The position numbers and the translations under genes were made by a program. Below, one piece after another: positions 1 through 7,491 of a DNA stretch of 64,000 nt (positions are counted from its first letter, which is position 1; each line of letters begins with the position of its first letter). Source of the stretch: Alphaproteobacteria bacterium (GTDB lineage: Bacteria > Pseudomonadota > Alphaproteobacteria > JAEULC01). Below the pieces are notes generated by a model. That model was not told the DNA's origin and made no database searches. It worked only from the letters and a program-made list of their open reading frames with translations. The DNA is taken from NCBI GenBank assembly GCA_023150455.1, contig JAKLKW010000003.1, forward strand, positions 5,887 through 69,886. Reading direction: 5' to 3'.

Positions 1-105
1 CGCCTCCGCTTCCGCCGGCCGGCCTTCGGCGAGCAGCGCGCGGGCCGCCGCGACCGCCCGCAACGCCTCGTCCGCACCGGATTCCGGGGCGTCCCTCGCC
101 GCCAT
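1..105 (-). CDS. N-terminal fragment of a gene running off the window start (MAARDAPESGADEALRAVAAARALLAEGRPAEAEA...)
   Basis: ATG at 103-105 (minus strand), followed by an open frame with high GC3 codon usage to the window edge. Function unknown. Confidence 0.3.
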   Translation of the reverse strand, partial: MAARDAPESGADEALRAVAAARALLAEGRPAEAEA

Positions 106-226
106 CGAGCCGCCGTCCCGTCCCGCCGCCGTCAAGGGAGGAAATTCCGCATCAAGCAACGATTCTTCCGGAAGTCTTAACGGAATCCGGGGCTATAGTG
201 ACGACGGACTTCGGTCGAAAGACAAG

Positions 227-952
227 ATGCTTCGTAGGATTCTTGCGCGGCTCGCCATGGCCGCGGCGGTGGCAGCCGTGCTGGCCGCGCCGCCGACCCT
301 GGCCGTCGACATCGACTATCCGCACCTGTTCGGCACGGCGGAAACGCGGTCCGACAACCTGAAGCCGTTCACCAAGTGGACCGGCGTGCTTGGCCGCATC
401 CACGCCGACCGCGCGCGCGACGGCGGGGCTTGCACCCCCGCGGGCACGCCGCGCTGCCGCATCCAGGAATGGCACGCCTTCCTCGACACGCTTGCCGGCA
501 AGCCGAAGCGCGAGCAGGTCGAGGCGGTCAACCGCTACATGAACCGCCACGCCTATATCGAGGACCTGCCGAACTACGGCGTGGCCGACTACTGGGCGAC
601 CCCGCGCGAGTTCCTCAGCAAGGACGGCGACTGCGAGGACTACGCGATCGCCAAGTACATGTCGCTGCGCCAGCTCGGCTTCGCCGAGAGCCGGCTGCGC
701 CTGGTCGTGCTGCAGGATTTGAACCTCAACGTCGCGCACGCCGTGCTGGTCGTCTACCTCGACGGCAAGGCCTGGCTGCTCGACAACCAGATCAAGCAGG
801 TGATCGACACCGAGAAGGTCCGCCACTACCGCCCGCTGTTCTCGATCAACGAGCGCTCCTGGTGGCTGCACAAGCGCGTCGAGCCGCAGGTCGCCGGCGG
901 CGCGCAATCCACCCCCGCCCCCACCGCCAGCGGCCCATCCTCCGCGCGGTAG
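227..952 (+). CDS. Secreted transglutaminase-like cysteine peptidase (BTLCP family)
   Basis: Signal-peptide-like N-terminus (AAAVAAVLAAPPTLA). Conserved DYWATP...DGDCEDYAIAKY...HAVLVV motifs fit the Cys/His/Asp core of bacterial transglutaminase-like cysteine proteinases. High GC3 throughout. Confidence 0.7.
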   Translation: MLRRILARLAMAAAVAAVLAAPPTLAVDIDYPHLFGTAETRSDNLKPFTKWTGVLGRIHADRARDGGACTPAGTPRCRIQEWHAFLDTLAGKPKREQVEAVNRYMNRHAYIEDLPNYGVADYWATPREFLSKDGDCEDYAIAKYMSLRQLGFAESRLRLVVLQDLNLNVAHAVLVVYLDGKAWLLDNQIKQVIDTEKVRHYRPLFSINERSWWLHKRVEPQVAGGAQSTPAPTASGPSSAR

Positions 953-961
953 GAAAAAGAT

Positions 962-1230
962 CGACCACAGAGACACAGAGGCAAAAGAAGGAAGAAAAGA
1001 AGAGAAAAGGAATTCCTTTCGCGGCGCGGCCGCTCAACGATCTTCCTTCGTCTTCCCTTCGTCTTCCCTTCGTGCTCTTCGTGGTTCAATCCGAAAAACT
1101 TCAACCACGAAGAGCACGAAGGACACGAAGAAAAGAGGAAGCAGATGGATTTGATGGCGCGGCTACGCCGCGCTGAAGAGCTTTCCTTCTCTTCTTTCTT
1201 CTCTGTGTCTCCGTGTCTCCGTGGTGAATC
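962..1230. repeat. Low-GC nested inverted-repeat element (MITE-like or complex hairpin) between convergent genes
   Basis: Outer arms accacagagacacagaggcaaaagaaggaagaaaagaagagaaaaggaa (964-1012) and ttccttctcttctttcttctctgtgtctccgtgtctccgtggt (1184-1226) are imperfect reverse complements. An inner perfect hairpin cgtgctcttcgtggtt-N17-aaccacgaagagcacg lies at about 1072-1119. GC content is far below the flanks. A partial copy is at 28880-28964. Confidence 0.6.
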
Positions 1231-1245
1231 TTTTTCCTTCCCTTT

Positions 1246-3405
1246 TCAGCCCGCCGTGCCCCGCTCGGGCTTGCGGGCGAAGTCGCGCCAGCGCTCGCGG
1301 CCGCCGCGGTTCTCCAGCACGTGCTCGAGCGCGGTGACGACCGCGCGGTCGAAGGCGGTGCCGCGCTCCGCGCGCAGGGTCTCGACCGCCTGGTCGATGC
1401 CGATCGCGTCGCGCCACGAGCGCGGCGAGACCATCGACACGAAGGCGTTGGCGACCGCCAGGATGCGCGCCGGCAAGAGGATCGCGTCGCCCTTCAGGCC
1501 CGCGGGATAGCCCGACCCGTCGGCGCGCTCCTGCAGCTGGCGCAGCGTGTCCTGCACCGGCCCGTCGAACTCGACGCCGGCCACCAGCTCGGCCGAGTTG
1601 AGGATGCTGTCGCGCACCAGCTTGAGCTCGGCGTCGCTCAGCCGTTCCGACTTGGTGAGCACCTCGGTGGGGACGAGGACCTTGCCCAGGTTCATCAGGC
1701 TGGCGGCGATCTCGACCGTGGCGCGATCGACGGCGTCGATGCCCATCGCGTCGGCGATCTCGCCTGCCACCCGGCCGACGCGGCCGGCCTGGTCGGCGCA
1801 ATAGGGGTCGCGCCGGTCGACCAGCCGCACCATGGCATCGACCAGCTGGCGCAGCACGGCCGAGCGCCGCTCGCGCTCGATCACCGCCTGGGTCACGTCG
1901 CGCTCGACCACCAGCACGGCGCCGGGGCGCCCGGCCGAGCGATCGAGCGGCACGTGCCCGGTCTGCATGATGCGCTCGCCGCCCTCGGCCGAGGGCACGC
2001 GCAGCAGGCGCGTCTTGGGCCGTTGCTGCTTCAACGCCTTGCGGTTGATCTCGGTGACGTGGCGCGCATGGTCGGGACCGACGACGCTGACGATCGGCTT
2101 GCCCGCGAGGCTTGCCGCGTCGCCGCCGTAGCGGCGCGCCACGGCGGCATTGGCGAACTGCAGGATGCCGTCGCGGTCGACCAGGTAGATCAGGTCGGGC
2201 TGGCTGTCGGTGACGAGGCGGAGCAGCGCCTCCTCCTGCTGCAGGTGGACGGCGAGCGTCCGGTGCCGGAGCGCCGCGTCGCTGGCGCGGCGCGAGCTCG
2301 CGTACCACCACACGGCGACGAAGGCGGTGCTGACCGTCGCCGCCACCAGCACGAGCCCGATGATCAGGTTGCGCCGATGCCGGTCGCTCTCGGCCAGGGC
2401 CTCGCCGCGGTCGACCTTGTAAAGCAGCACCCAGGGCAGGGTCGCCACGGCGCGCGAGACCGCCAGCACCTCGCTGCCGCGGTAGTCGCGTCCCTGGTGG
2501 AATCCGCCGGGCTTGGCCACGGCAGCCGCCTCGACCAGGTCGGCGGCATCGGCCGGGGCGGTGCGCCGGAACGGCGGCGTCCCGTCGCGCTGCGGCGACA
2601 GGTATTCGATCGCGCCGCCGGTTGCCGGGCCGGCGCGGCGCAGCAGCAGCGCCTCGGCGCTCGCCTCGACCGCGCCGGGCTGCTTCAGCAGCGCGTAGAA
2701 CGGCTCGCCGATCTCGCGCAGGCCCAGCACGAAGCCGATGCGCTCGCTGGTGCCGGGATCGGCCTGCACGCCGAAGATCGGCGCCACGAACCCCATCATC
2801 GGCTGGCCGCCGGGGCCGGCGAACAGATCGATCGCGGACGGACGGTCCTTGGGCGACGCGGCGAGCCGCGCCTGCATCGCCGCGTCGAGCGGCGGCATCA
2901 CCGGCGAGGCCACGATCGGACGGCCCTGGTCGTCGAGCAGCGCGATGCCGCCGTCGGCGCGCCGCACGTTCGCGCCGATCGCGGCGGACGGGCGCGTCGC
3001 GGTGAAGCCGGTGCGCTCGGCCATGACGGTCAGGAGGTTGCGCAGGTAGCCGAACTGCGCCGGCTCGTCGGTCACGGCCGAACGGTCGCCCTGCGCAAGC
3101 TCGAGCTCGGTCAGGTAGAGCTGGACCGACTGGTTCTCCGCCAGCGCGCGCATCTCGGCGAGCTGCGCGTCGATCCAGCCCTGCACCTGGGCCAGCCGGC
3201 TGTCGGCGACGATGCCGAGCCGCGCCCGCCAGCCCGCCAGCTCGCGCTCGCGCTCGGCGTCGGCGAAACGCACGATCCCGATCAGCGCCGCCATGGTGGC
3301 GGCGGAGAGCAGGACGGCGCCGAGGATGGAAAAGACGTAGCGGCGGCGGCCGCCCGATGTGCCGCCAGGGAGGGCGTCGCCTGCGCCTGCCGCCGCGGCG
3401 GTCAT
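1246..3405 (-). CDS. Membrane-associated HD-GYP domain c-di-GMP phosphodiesterase with periplasmic sensor and PAS region
   Basis: N-terminal TM helix (VFSILGAVLLSAATMAALIGIV), a second TM (LIIGLVLVAATVSTAFVAVWWY), a PAS-like middle, and a C-terminal HD domain with GYP motif (DGSGYPAGL). Confidence 0.85.
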   Translation of the reverse strand: MTAAAAGAGDALPGGTSGGRRRYVFSILGAVLLSAATMAALIGIVRFADAERERELAGWRARLGIVADSRLAQVQGWIDAQLAEMRALAENQSVQLYLTELELAQGDRSAVTDEPAQFGYLRNLLTVMAERTGFTATRPSAAIGANVRRADGGIALLDDQGRPIVASPVMPPLDAAMQARLAASPKDRPSAIDLFAGPGGQPMMGFVAPIFGVQADPGTSERIGFVLGLREIGEPFYALLKQPGAVEASAEALLLRRAGPATGGAIEYLSPQRDGTPPFRRTAPADAADLVEAAAVAKPGGFHQGRDYRGSEVLAVSRAVATLPWVLLYKVDRGEALAESDRHRRNLIIGLVLVAATVSTAFVAVWWYASSRRASDAALRHRTLAVHLQQEEALLRLVTDSQPDLIYLVDRDGILQFANAAVARRYGGDAASLAGKPIVSVVGPDHARHVTEINRKALKQQRPKTRLLRVPSAEGGERIMQTGHVPLDRSAGRPGAVLVVERDVTQAVIERERRSAVLRQLVDAMVRLVDRRDPYCADQAGRVGRVAGEIADAMGIDAVDRATVEIAASLMNLGKVLVPTEVLTKSERLSDAELKLVRDSILNSAELVAGVEFDGPVQDTLRQLQERADGSGYPAGLKGDAILLPARILAVANAFVSMVSPRSWRDAIGIDQAVETLRAERGTAFDRAVVTALEHVLENRGGRERWRDFARKPERGTAG

Positions 3406-3429
3406 GGAAGGAGGATCGCGCCGCCCGGA

Positions 3430-3591
3430 CTAGCGCGCGTGGTTGATCATGCGCACCCATTTCCGGCAGGCCGAGGCCAGTCGCACCTGCTTGCTGCGCC
3501 CCTCCTTCTCCTTCAGGTCCAGCTTCGCGAGGCGGTTCTCGATGCGCTTGAGCTGGTGCTCGGCGTAGCTCTTGATCGCGGCGGCGGCCAT
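3430..3591 (-). CDS. Small hypothetical protein (53 aa, coiled-coil/basic)
   Basis: ATG to TAG ORF MAAAAIKSYAEHQLKRIENRLAKLDLKEKEGRSKQVRLASACRKWVRMINHAR with high GC3 codons. Below the 60-aa cutoff of the supplied ORF track. No recognisable family. Confidence 0.35.
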   Translation of the reverse strand: MAAAAIKSYAEHQLKRIENRLAKLDLKEKEGRSKQVRLASACRKWVRMINHAR

Positions 3592-3654
3592 GGGCGGCAC
3601 TCCGGTCCTGTGGGTCTTGCCCCTCGATTACACGGAGGCAGCCGGCAATTCAAT

Positions 3655-3898
3655 CGCGGGCCTCGGCGGCCGCTGATCCGGCCGCCGATTCGAATGTTCG
3701 CGCGCGCGGATCAACGCGCGCCAGCGGCCGCTGATCCGGCCGCCCGATTCAAGACTTCGCGCGCGCGGATCAACGCGCGCCAGCGGCCGCTGATCCGGCC
3801 GCCGATTCGAATGTTCGCGCGCGCGGACCAGCGCGCGCCAGCGGCCGCTGATCCGGCCGCCGATTCGAATGTTCGCGCGCGGATCAGCGCGCACGCGC
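3655..3898. repeat. REP-like GC-rich two-hairpin repeat, 4 tandem units (locus A)
   Basis: Unit of about 60 bp: cggccgCTGATCcggccg hairpin, then a gattcgaatgttcg spacer, then cgcgcgCGGATCAAcgcgcg hairpin, repeated 4 times with minor variants. The array abuts the stop codon of the aminotransferase gene. Confidence 0.8.
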
Positions 3899-5095
3899 CT
3901 ACAGCACCCGGGCCATGCGGGTCAGCGCCTCCTCGGTCGATTCGCGGTCGCCGACCAGCGCCACGCGGATATAGGGCGCGCCGTCGTTGCTGCCGTCGGG
4001 ATTGGCGCGGGTCATGTACGAGCCGGGCAGCACGCGCACCGCGGCCTCGCCCCACAGCCGCTTGCACGCGGCCTCGCCGTCGCCGACGTCGAGCCACAGG
4101 TAGAAGCCGCCGTCGGGCCGGTAGAAGCCGAAGCGCCCCTTGAGGACGCGCTCGGCGATGTCGTAGAGCGCGCGGTAGTGCGCGCGCATCTTCTCGACAT
4201 GCTCCTCGTCCTTCCAGCAGGCCGCCGAGGCCTCCATGATCGCGAGCGGCTGGGCCGCCGCGCTGTAGGAGCGCAGCCGGTTCATGAGCGCGATGGTCTT
4301 GGGCGCGCCGGTGGCGAAGCCCGAGCGCAGGCCCGGCGCGCTCGAGCGCTTCGACAGCGAGTGGAACACCAGGAGGTTGTCGAGCGAGCCGCCGAGCGCC
4401 TTGGCCGCGTCGAGCCCGCCGGGCGCCGGCTCTTTGGTGTAGTAGAGCTCGGAGTAGCACTCGTCCATCACCAGCAGGAAGTCGTGCTTGCGCGCCAGCG
4501 TCAGCAGCCGCTTGAGATAGTCGAGGCTGGCGACCGCGCCCTGCGGATTGGCCGGCGAGCAGAGATAGACGACCTGCGCGCGGTCGAGCACCGCCGGATC
4601 GACCGCGTCGAAATCGGGCAGGAAGCCGGTCGCCTTCGTCGCGGGCAGGAAGGCGGGCTCGGCGCCGGCCATCACCGCCGCGCCGTAATAGACCTGGTAG
4701 AACGGGTTCGGCATCAGCGCGAGCGGCCGCTGGCCGTTCGCGGCGGGCGTGACCGCCAGCGTCGCCGCGAAATAGAGGCCCTCGCGCGTGCCCGATACCG
4801 GCACGATCATCTGGTCGGGATCGATCGCCGTCGCGGGCAGGCGGTAGCGCCGCGTCGCCCATGCGGCGCAGGCGCGCCGGAGCTCCGGCGTGCCGAAATA
4901 CATCGGGTAGATGTTCCAGTCGCTGCGCGGCCGCGCCAGGATCTCGGAGACGAAGGGCGGCGGCTGATGCGTCGGCTCGCCGACCGACAGGTTGATCGGC
5001 GGCACGTTGGCGCGCGGCTGGATGTCCGCCAGCAGCGCCGCCAGGCGCCGGAATGTGTGGTCGGTCATGGCGTCGAGACGGGCGTTCAGGCTCAT
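3899..5095 (-). CDS. Class I/II pyridoxal-phosphate aminotransferase (succinyldiaminopimelate transaminase DapC-like)
   Basis: Start chosen at MSLNARLDAMTDHTFRRLAALL; the reported 592-aa ORF is an upstream stop-free extension. Motifs LSVGEP, SLSKRSS (PLP lysine region) and NP.G fold I features. 399 aa. Confidence 0.8.
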   Translation of the reverse strand: MSLNARLDAMTDHTFRRLAALLADIQPRANVPPINLSVGEPTHQPPPFVSEILARPRSDWNIYPMYFGTPELRRACAAWATRRYRLPATAIDPDQMIVPVSGTREGLYFAATLAVTPAANGQRPLALMPNPFYQVYYGAAVMAGAEPAFLPATKATGFLPDFDAVDPAVLDRAQVVYLCSPANPQGAVASLDYLKRLLTLARKHDFLLVMDECYSELYYTKEPAPGGLDAAKALGGSLDNLLVFHSLSKRSSAPGLRSGFATGAPKTIALMNRLRSYSAAAQPLAIMEASAACWKDEEHVEKMRAHYRALYDIAERVLKGRFGFYRPDGGFYLWLDVGDGEAACKRLWGEAAVRVLPGSYMTRANPDGSNDGAPYIRVALVGDRESTEEALTRMARVL

Positions 5096-5151
5096 GTCTG
5101 TGGGACCTGCTGTGTGGGATCGACCGGAACGGTATGCGCCGGACTGACGAA

Positions 5152-5559
5152 CTACGCCGGTTTGATCTTGCGCTTGATTGCTCCGGCGGTCGGCGCGTCC
5201 ACTTGCCGCATGGCCAGGCTCAGCACCGCGCTCATCACCTGGCCGGCGGAAGGATGAAACCCTGTCGCCGAAATCTCCTGGGCGAGTCGCTCGGCAATGC
5301 GCCAATCCTCGTCCGCGATGGGCATCTTTCGCTGCTCGGTGCCTTCCAGGCTCGGCCTTCCGCCCGACGAGCGCAGCCGACGATACATCTCCTCGCGGAC
5401 CGCCAGAAACGTTATGGGAGAACCGGTCGGCGGCGGGCGCCCGATCTCCTTGGCCCCCAACCGCGTGGTCACGCGCTTGCCGGACACTCGACGAACCGGG
5501 GAGTCCGTCAGTACGACCCGCCGCTTTTCCCGATCCGTTGCCACGTCGGCCCGGTTCAT
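5152..5559 (-). CDS. Hypothetical protein, downstream member of a 4-nt overlapping pair in a low-GC patch
   Basis: 135-aa ORF whose start overlaps the stop of 5556-5876. Local GC is lower than the flanks. No family recognised. Confidence 0.3.
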   Translation of the reverse strand: MNRADVATDREKRRVVLTDSPVRRVSGKRVTTRLGAKEIGRPPPTGSPITFLAVREEMYRRLRSSGGRPSLEGTEQRKMPIADEDWRIAERLAQEISATGFHPSAGQVMSAVLSLAMRQVDAPTAGAIKRKIKPA

Positions 5560-5876
5560 CGCGTCTTGCCTCGCTTCGCAGGACCATCGAACGTGTCGAT
5601 ATGATACAGGCGATCGGCGAACTCGAATACGACTTCACCCTGGTTGGTCTCGCGCCCCATCCGATGCAGGAACTCACGCAAGGCCGCCAAGCCTTGCTCG
5701 AACGGCTCCGGATCGACGCAGCAATGGCCCAAGACGACCTTCTCGCGTATCAGCCGGTTCGTTTCCTCGTTCCACCAAGCGTCGCCCCGGTCTCGCGAAC
5801 GAGATCGATCCCCTTGCGCGCGGCTGCCATTCACGCCCCATGCGGGAAATATGCGACTTTCGGGCCCAAAAGTCAA
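5556..5876 (-). CDS. Hypothetical protein, upstream member of the overlapping pair (possible mobile-element or toxin-antitoxin remnant)
   Basis: 106-aa ORF (..DAWWNEETNRLIREKVVLGHCCVDPEPFEQGLAALREFLHRMG..) in the same low-GC patch. No DDE or integrase motif could be confirmed. Confidence 0.3.
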   Translation of the reverse strand: MTFGPESRIFPAWGVNGSRAQGDRSRSRDRGDAWWNEETNRLIREKVVLGHCCVDPEPFEQGLAALREFLHRMGRETNQGEVVFEFADRLYHIDTFDGPAKRGKTR

Positions 5877-5889
5877 ACGGCGGCCACCG

Positions 5890-6471
5890 TCAATACGGCG
5901 TGCCGTCCTTGTGCACGAAGCGCTCCTTGCCGTCGATGATGCGCACGAGCATGTCGATGTCGGAGTAGTCGGCCTCGTCGCCGCCGGGCCAGCGCGTGCC
6001 GACCTCGAGATAGGTCGCCGGGCGCCGGGTGCGGTTGATCAGGTGATGGCCGTTGGGCTTGCCGGCGGGGAAGCCCGCCGCCATGCCGGGCCCCAGCACC
6101 TGCTCGCCCTCGTCGGTCACCAGCACCACCTCGCCCGAAAGCACGTAGACCAGCTCGTCCTCGTTCCTGTGCCAGTGCCGCATCGACGATTCGCAGCCGG
6201 GCGGCAGCATCACCAGGTTGACGCCGAACTGCGTGAGGCCGGCGACGTCGCCCAGCCGCCGCTTCTCGCGCCGGCCGACGCGGTCGCTGAACGGCTTCGG
6301 ATAGCCCGAGCCGATGCGCGGCTCGAGCGTCATAGGGTCGAAGGCCGGCAGCTTCGGCGCGGGTCTCTTGCGGACCGCCGTCGCGCGGCGCCGGGCCTTG
6401 ATCGCCGGTCTGATCTTCCTGGCGAGCTTCTTCGCCTTCTTGGTCCTGCCGCGAGGCTTGCTCTTGGCCAT
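5890..6471 (-). CDS. Cupin-domain protein with Lys/Arg-rich histone-H1-like N-terminal tail
   Basis: C-terminal cupin barrel motifs (HWHRNEDELVYVLSGE...GHHL.N). The first 45 aa are MAKSKPRGRTKKAKKLARKIRPAIKARRRATAVRKRPAPKLP, with coding-like GC3. An alternative internal start at MTLEP cannot be excluded. Confidence 0.7.
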   Translation of the reverse strand: MAKSKPRGRTKKAKKLARKIRPAIKARRRATAVRKRPAPKLPAFDPMTLEPRIGSGYPKPFSDRVGRREKRRLGDVAGLTQFGVNLVMLPPGCESSMRHWHRNEDELVYVLSGEVVLVTDEGEQVLGPGMAAGFPAGKPNGHHLINRTRRPATYLEVGTRWPGGDEADYSDIDMLVRIIDGKERFVHKDGTPY

Positions 6472-6492
6472 GGCATCCCACCCCGTCGATGA

Positions 6493-7491
6493 TCAGCGTG
6501 CCAGCGACTCAATCTCCCGCAGGGTCTTGTCGTCAACCTCGATCGAACCCGACCGCGCCTTCAAGCGGTTGTCGAGCCGGCGCGTGCCGGGCAGGCGCAC
6601 GCCGGGCTCGGCCAGCATGGCGGCGAGCAGCGTCTCGAGCCGCTCGGCGAAGGCGCCGCCCGACAGCGCGCCGGGGTCGAGCGCCAGCATGAACTGCCCG
6701 ACCCGCGGCGGCGGGCCGTCCGCGGCGAAGAAGGACGACGCCTCGAAGCCCAGGTGCGAGGCCGTCAGCGCGGCGGCGAGGATCTCGACCATCAGCGCCA
6801 GCGCCGCGCCCTTGGCGTCGCCCATCGGCAGCATGGCGCCGTCGAGCGCCGCCTTGGCGTCGGTCGTCGGCCGTCCGTCCTTGTCGAGCGCCCAGCCCTC
6901 GGGAATCGCCTCGCCCTTCTGCGCCGCGACCATGATCCGGCCGCGCGCGACCTTGCTGAGCGACAGGTCGATCACCAGCGGCGGGTGGCCGCGCCGTGGC
7001 GCGGCGAAGGCGATCGGGTTGGTGCCGAACAGGGCGCGTGTGCCGCCCCAGGGCGCGATCGCCTGCGGCGAGTTGCCGAGGACGAGCGCGACGAGGCCGC
7101 GCTCGGCCAGGCGCTCGGCATGGTGTCCGGCGACGCCGAAATGGTGCGAATGGCGGATCGCCGCGGCCGCGGCTCCTTGCGTCGGCGCGACCCCGGCAAG
7201 CTCGGCGATGGCGAGGTCGATGGCGGGAAAGGCGAAGCCGTCCGCCGCGTCGACGACGACGGCGCCGGGACGCGGCCGGCGCGCGCGCGGCACCGCGCGG
7301 CCGTCGACCTTGCCCGAGCGCGCCTGCGCGGCGTAGCCGGGCACGCGCGACAGGCCGTGGCCCTTCTGCCCGTCGATCTCGGCCGCCACCAGCGCGTCGG
7401 CCACCGAGGCGGCGTTGGCCGGCGCCGTGTTGCTGCGCTCGAGCGCGGCGGCGACCAGGCGGCGCAGCCCGTCCGGCGAAGCCTGCGTCAT
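6493..7491 (-). CDS. Ldh_2 family malate/L-lactate/sulfolactate-type dehydrogenase
   Basis: Conserved HGLSRVP, HSHHFGVAG and GTNPIAFAAP motifs of the Ldh_2 family. The start overlaps the stop of the upstream 2-HADH gene by 4 nt (operon). Confidence 0.85.
   Translation of the reverse strand: MTQASPDGLRRLVAAALERSNTAPANAASVADALVAAEIDGQKGHGLSRVPGYAAQARSGKVDGRAVPRARRPRPGAVVVDAADGFAFPAIDLAIAELAGVAPTQGAAAAAIRHSHHFGVAGHHAERLAERGLVALVLGNSPQAIAPWGGTRALFGTNPIAFAAPRRGHPPLVIDLSLSKVARGRIMVAAQKGEAIPEGWALDKDGRPTTDAKAALDGAMLPMGDAKGAALALMVEILAAALTASHLGFEASSFFAADGPPPRVGQFMLALDPGALSGGAFAERLETLLAAMLAEPGVRLPGTRRLDNRLKARSGSIEVDDKTLREIESLAR

Noticed and set aside
3655-3898. Tandem arrays of about 60-bp repeats that superficially resemble a CRISPR array (also at 8420-8596 and 48489-48603).
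   Set aside because: The spacers are nearly identical within an array. The repeats are self-complementary GC hairpins. Arrays are short (1-4 units), occur in both orientations at gene 3' ends, and no cas genes are nearby. This is REP/BIME-like, not CRISPR.
1163-4143. Very long Arg/Ala/Gly-rich ORFs on both strands overlapping the HD-GYP gene (1163-3460 minus, 1321-4143 plus). Similar long ORFs occur elsewhere, for example 13344-15854 minus, 13499-16822 plus, 34098-37163 minus, 45206-48511 minus and 59816-61981 minus.
   Set aside because: These are typical stop-codon-free antisense or off-frame ORFs of a 70%-GC genome. They have low GC3 periodicity, poly-Arg/Pro composition and no domain signatures, and they overlap well-supported genes.
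5556-5876. Considered calling the 106-aa ORF a transposase or integrase fragment because of the low-GC context.
   Set aside because: I could not find DDE, HUH or tyrosine-recombinase R..H..R..Y catalytic motifs. It is kept as hypothetical, with the mobile-remnant idea flagged only as a possibility.
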